Positions 60,153 through 64,000 of a stretch of 64,000 nucleotides of DNA are shown here, in pieces. The notes below the pieces were generated by a model. The model worked only from the letters and a program-made list of their open reading frames with translations. It made no database searches and was not told where the DNA came from. The stretch lies in contig JBAYUW010000004.1 in the NCBI GenBank assembly GCA_041674925.1, positions 482 through 64,481 on the forward strand, written 5' to 3'. How positions within the stretch are numbered: the first letter of the stretch is position 1; the number at the start of each line of letters is the position of its first letter. Position numbers and translations under genes: made by a program. The DNA comes from Minisyncoccota bacterium. Its GTDB lineage: Bacteria; Patescibacteriota; Minisyncoccia; Phycocordibacterales; GWA1-40-21.

Positions 60153-62515
60153 TTCAAGATCTCTTCTGGATCATCACCAACGCGCATAATATAATCCTTA
60201 TGATCTTTGATTTTATTCTGATAAATTAAGACAAGTCCATTAGCTTTTTCTTGATCGATTACTCCATTTTTGGCCACCTTTTCGATCGCCTCGATGAACA
60301 AGTTGTAACGATCAGTTTTGTTGCGAATATGAAGATCGAGGGGGGTGGTAGTGGAACCACTTTCCATATAACCATGAATCGAGATGCGTCCTAGTTCATT
60401 TACGAATCTGAATAGGGTTTGCTCCAAAGTATCGGGATAGCCGTGGAAATTGAAAATTACTGGTTTATCTTTGGTAAAATATTTTTCGAAATCTGTTTCT
60501 GAAATCTCATTATCATTACCGACTGTGTTTGGTGACAATTCCAAAATATTCACAAAACGAGTTTTGACCATCGGTGCTTCTTTTTTAATCAGATCAATCG
60601 CCGCCAATACTTCATTGACCAGATATTGTCCACAAGCGGCAAAAACCACATCGGGATTTTCATCACTAGCAAATTTCCAAATCGACAAACCATCTTCTAC
60701 TTCTCGTTTTGCTTCTGCAAGATTCAACCACACTGGCTCGATTGTCTTTTCGGCCACTATCACATTTATCTCGTTTTTGGACGCTAGACATTTTTCCATA
60801 ATCAAGACTGATTCTTGAGCATCGGCGGGAAAATACACATTGATAAAATTATGTCCTTTTTGTAATAAACTATCAATAAAACCCGGGTTCTGATGAGAAA
60901 AGCCATTGTGCTCCTGGCGCCAACCGGTGGAAGTCAGAATATAATTGAAGGAAGGAACATCACCACGCCAATCGGTCTTGCGGGCAATCTTTAAAAATTT
61001 AGTGTACTGATCCGCCATACTAGTCACAATCGGTATGAAAGCTTCATAGGAAGTAAAGATCGCAAAACGGCCAGTTAAAATATAACCTTGTGCCAAACCT
61101 TGCAATGATTGCTCGGAAAGCATTTCAATAATTCGGCCATCGCGAGACATGTCTTTGTCCCAATCTTCAATTTTGCCGGCAAAGGAGCGCGTCGTGTTTT
61201 TAAACATATCCTGCAAACGGTTTGAGTAAGTTTCATCAGGAGAAAATAATCTAAAGTTTCTTTTTGATTGATTTAGTTTCACTACTTCAGATAGATACTC
61301 GCCGATTCGTTTCATAGCGCCAATTTTTTCTACACCCGGTTCAGAAATTTTAATTTCAAAATTATCAACCGCGGGCAAAATCAAATCGCGGGCATGATCT
61401 CCTTTTTTAATACCAAAAGTAGTTTGATTATCCCCCATTCTTAGTCCATCTTTTGGCACATTAGCTAGCACATCTGAAGAAAAACCACTCTGTGAATCAA
61501 ATAGTTCTTCAAACTTATAAGACTTGAGCCATTTTTCCACCATTTTCATTTGGCTTTTATCAGTCTTGCTTTCTTTACCGACGACTTGATGCGACAAGGC
61601 ATTACCCTCAATCTTATCGCCACTACCCTCGATTTTTGGTCCAGCTAAATATTTTGGTCCAGTCCAACCCTTTGGAGTTTTCAGAATAATCATCGGGAAA
61701 CGGAAATAGTCATCCAGTTTTCGATTGGGATTCTCTCTGGCTTCTTTTTGAATCTTTCTTATTGAAGCGTAGGCATCGTCCAAAGCCTGGATCATTTTTT
61801 GATAAACTTTATCACCTTTTCCTTCAACGATGATTGGCTCATAACCGTAGCCTTTGAACAAAGATTTCAAATCAGCATTTTTCATGCGACCAAAAATTGT
61901 TGGTCCGGAAATTTTGTAACCATTTAAATGCAAGATTGGAAGCACAGCGCCGTTGACAGCGGGATCAATAAACTTATTTAAATGCCAAGCAGTCGCCGAG
62001 GCGCCAGTTTCATTTTCACCATCACCAACTAAGCAGGTAGCGATTAAATTTGGATTGTCTAAAACAGCACCGTAAGAGGTAGATAAAGAATAGCCAAGCT
62101 CACCTCCCTCTAAAATTACACCGGGGGTCATAGGTGAAGAGTGGCTGGGAAAACCATACGGCCAACTGAAATTTTTGGTAATATAGGCAATACCATTTTC
62201 GGTTAATTTGGCTTCGGGATAATATTTACCAAGCGTGCTTTCCAAAAAAACATTTGATTGGATCGCTGGAAAACCGTGACCAGGACCAAGGACAAACATC
62301 ATCTCGGCGTTGGTCTTAATTATAAGATTATTTAGACAAGCATAGACAAAGTTGATACCCGGACAGGTTCCCCAGTGACCAAGTAAACGCGACTTGATAT
62401 GATCGAAAGTCAGTTTCTCTTTTAATAAAAAATTATCTTGTAAATAGATTTGACCGACCGACAAATAATTTGTGGCACGGACATATTTCTTGATTCGCTC
62501 GACTTGTTCATTCAT
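60128..62515 (-). CDS. xfp: xylulose-5-phosphate/fructose-6-phosphate phosphoketolase
   Basis: ~795 aa. YLQDNFLLKE, GHWGTCPG, EGGELGY, GDGE: XFP signature motifs. Start set at MNEQVERIKKY (62515). Confidence 0.9.
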   Translation of the reverse strand: MNEQVERIKKYVRATNYLSVGQIYLQDNFLLKEKLTFDHIKSRLLGHWGTCPGINFVYACLNNLIIKTNAEMMFVLGPGHGFPAIQSNVFLESTLGKYYPEAKLTENGIAYITKNFSWPYGFPSHSSPMTPGVILEGGELGYSLSTSYGAVLDNPNLIATCLVGDGENETGASATAWHLNKFIDPAVNGAVLPILHLNGYKISGPTIFGRMKNADLKSLFKGYGYEPIIVEGKGDKVYQKMIQALDDAYASIRKIQKEARENPNRKLDDYFRFPMIILKTPKGWTGPKYLAGPKIEGSGDKIEGNALSHQVVGKESKTDKSQMKMVEKWLKSYKFEELFDSQSGFSSDVLANVPKDGLRMGDNQTTFGIKKGDHARDLILPAVDNFEIKISEPGVEKIGAMKRIGEYLSEVVKLNQSKRNFRLFSPDETYSNRLQDMFKNTTRSFAGKIEDWDKDMSRDGRIIEMLSEQSLQGLAQGYILTGRFAIFTSYEAFIPIVTSMADQYTKFLKIARKTDWRGDVPSFNYILTSTGWRQEHNGFSHQNPGFIDSLLQKGHNFINVYFPADAQESVLIMEKCLASKNEINVIVAEKTIEPVWLNLAEAKREVEDGLSIWKFASDENPDVVFAACGQYLVNEVLAAIDLIKKEAPMVKTRFVNILELSPNTVGNDNEISETDFEKYFTKDKPVIFNFHGYPDTLEQTLFRFVNELGRISIHGYMESGSTTTPLDLHIRNKTDRYNLFIEAIEKVAKNGVIDQEKANGLVLIYQNKIKDHKDYIMRVGDDPEEILKWQWKKNI

Positions 62516-62534
62516 GGCGATAATTATATCATAG

Positions 62535-62543
62535 TGATATAAT
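62535..62543 (+). promoter_or_regulatory. extended -10 box TGaTATAAT, 6 nt before ATG
   Basis: agTGaTATAATatatccATG. Confidence 0.5.
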
Positions 62544-62549
62544 ATATCC

Positions 62550-63122
62550 ATGCTTAAAGAAACTACACCAACCAAGCAAATTAATACTCAAAACGTGACG
62601 GGTTTACATCTAGAAATCTTTGGTGATTTTTCTTTGATTCGTGGAGATGTTAAAAATATTAAAGGAAATTTGAGTTTACATAAAATCACTGGTGACGTTT
62701 CAAATATCAGTGGAGATATTCAAGGTGTGTCTGGTGATGTTACAAAATCCCGAGGCGATGTGACGGATATTATTGGTGATGTTTCAAACATCCGCGGACT
62801 TATTTCTCCCATTGCCGGCGATATTAGTGGAATTATTGGCGATGTATCTAATATTTCTGGCGATGTTAGCAATATCCGCGGTAATGTTAGTAAAATTTCT
62901 GGCGACACTTCCAATATTATCGGCAGTGTCAGTGATTTATCTGGCGACGTCAGTCGGTTGAAAGGTAATGTTACCGGACTCAAAGGTTTTGTCAGTAATC
63001 TTTCTGGCCTAGCTACAAATATTAAAGGCGATGTCACAAATGTGTACGGCGATGTCACCGGTCTCGAAGGCGACGCGACGGGGCTGTCTGGGGATGTGAG
63101 GGAGTTGTTGGGCAAGAAATAG
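62550..63122 (+). CDS. heptad-repeat (GDVSNIx)n protein, 190 aa
   Basis: After a 24-aa head, 23 consecutive 7-residue units G-[DNS]-[VI]-[ST]-x-[IL]-x. No signal peptide. Confidence 0.6.
   Translation: MLKETTPTKQINTQNVTGLHLEIFGDFSLIRGDVKNIKGNLSLHKITGDVSNISGDIQGVSGDVTKSRGDVTDIIGDVSNIRGLISPIAGDISGIIGDVSNISGDVSNIRGNVSKISGDTSNIIGSVSDLSGDVSRLKGNVTGLKGFVSNLSGLATNIKGDVTNVYGDVTGLEGDATGLSGDVRELLGKK
62622..63110 (+). repeat. imperfect 21-nt tandem repeat array (coding, in frame)
   Basis: Units such as GGTGATGTTTCAAATATCAGT / GGCGATGTTAGCAATATCCGC. Codons vary while the peptide pattern is kept. Confidence 0.8.
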
Positions 63123-63182
63123 TTGGGCTTCTCTGGGCTAAGCCTTGCTTTTGGCCTTATTTTACTGTATATTTATGGACTA

Positions 63183-64000
63183 ATGGAAATTCGAAACATT
63201 GCAATTATCGCCCATGTGGACCATGGGAAAACCACCCTGACCGACGCTATTATGAAGCAAACGGGTGCGGGAGAAGAAGGGGTCTCGATGGACTCAAACA
63301 AACTCGAACAAGAGCGTGGTATTACTATTTATGCCAAAAATACTTCGATCTATTATAAAGGCACAAAGATAAACATCGTGGACACCCCGGGTCACGCCGA
63401 TTTTGGTTCAGAAGTTGAACGAGTATTAAGATCTATTGATACGGTTTTATTAGTTGTGGATGCTCAAGAAGGTCCTATGCCTCAGACTCGTTTTGTTTTG
63501 AAAAAATCTTTGGAGCTTGGTTTAAAACCAATTGTTGTAATTAATAAAATTGATAAAAGTGCCGCGCGTCCAGCTGAAGCACATGAAGAAGTTTTGGAAT
63601 TATTCATGGAATTAGGTGCAAACAATGAACAACTCGACTTCCCTACTATTTATGCTATTGGCCGAAAGGGTGTAGCAATGAAAAATCTATCCGACGAACA
63701 AAAAGATTTAACGCCATTGTTAGATTTAATTCTAGAAAAAGTTCCCGCCGCCGCCACAGTCGAACAAACCAGCTCGCCTTTAACCGCCCAAATTTTCAAT
63801 CTTGGTTATGACAATTTCATGGGCCGCCTAGCGATTGCCAGAATTTATAATGGAAAAATAAAAAGTGGTCAAAGAATTTTTGCTAAAACTCCAACGGGTG
63901 AGTCTCGAGCTTTTAAGATCACTAAACTTTTCACTTTTGAAGGAGTAGCTAAAAAAGAAATCACCGAAGCGGAAGCTGGCGATATTGTTATGTTTGCTGG
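63183..64000 (+). CDS. typA: translational GTPase TypA/BipA, N-terminal part (runs off right edge)
   Basis: Own translation: MEIRNIAIIAHVDHGKTTLTDAIMKQTG.., DTPGHADFG, NKID. Confidence 0.9.
   Translation, partial: MEIRNIAIIAHVDHGKTTLTDAIMKQTGAGEEGVSMDSNKLEQERGITIYAKNTSIYYKGTKINIVDTPGHADFGSEVERVLRSIDTVLLVVDAQEGPMPQTRFVLKKSLELGLKPIVVINKIDKSAARPAEAHEEVLELFMELGANNEQLDFPTIYAIGRKGVAMKNLSDEQKDLTPLLDLILEKVPAAATVEQTSSPLTAQIFNLGYDNFMGRLAIARIYNGKIKSGQRIFAKTPTGESRAFKITKLFTFEGVAKKEITEAEAGDIVMFA

Noticed and set aside
62720-63115. 131-aa minus-strand ORF and 62-aa plus ORF inside the heptad-repeat gene; also considered a CRISPR-like array
   Set aside because: The mirror frames stay open only because of the 21-nt periodicity. 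The repeats are contiguous, imperfect and in frame with no unique spacers, so this is not a CRISPR array.

Overview
64-kb window from a low-GC, gene-dense bacterium. The gene content looks like a Patescibacteria/CPR-type organism: DUF5671-like membrane proteins, sigma region-4-only proteins, phosphoketolase plus acetate kinase, and shortened UvrA/UvrC/ProRS. This placement is an inference; no database search was possible.

Recognisable genes: mnmA (partial), mltG, leuS, ychF, an ECF sigma factor, a CapA-like gene, ddl, uvrC, uvrA, mreB-mreC, proS, rseP, frr, holB, a second mreB, murA, priA, def, fmt, cyclophilin, hpf, a DsbA/DsbD-like pair, a VanY-like peptidase, dapA, a Ca-type P-ATPase, a CaCA antiporter, msrA/msrB, three stand-alone NUDIX genes, pepE, ackA, xfp and typA (partial). 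RNA genes: tRNA-Val(CAC), tRNA-Cys(GCA) and a split tRNA-Asn(GUU).

Most notable observations:
1. tRNA-Asn is interrupted in the anticodon by a ~581-nt group I-like intron carrying an HNH endonuclease ORF.
2. LeuRS carries an internal NUDIX hydrolase module.
3. At least 15 dispersed GC-rich promoter-SD-ORF-terminator cassettes sit between housekeeping genes. The host genes instead mostly use TGnTATAAT boxes 6-9 nt before the ATG, which looks leaderless.
4. Two covarying ~130-140-nt multi-hairpin elements have stems that pair SD-like AAGGAGG with CCTCCTT.
5. Two promoter-to-terminator units of ~80-90 nt are candidate small RNAs.
6. A 190-aa protein is made of 23 GDVSNIx heptads.
7. Also present: an HTH-MurA fusion, a PriA without ATPase motifs, and msrB with an in-frame TAG.

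All functional calls rest on motif recognition by eye. Promoter, terminator and RNA coordinates are hand-derived and approximate.
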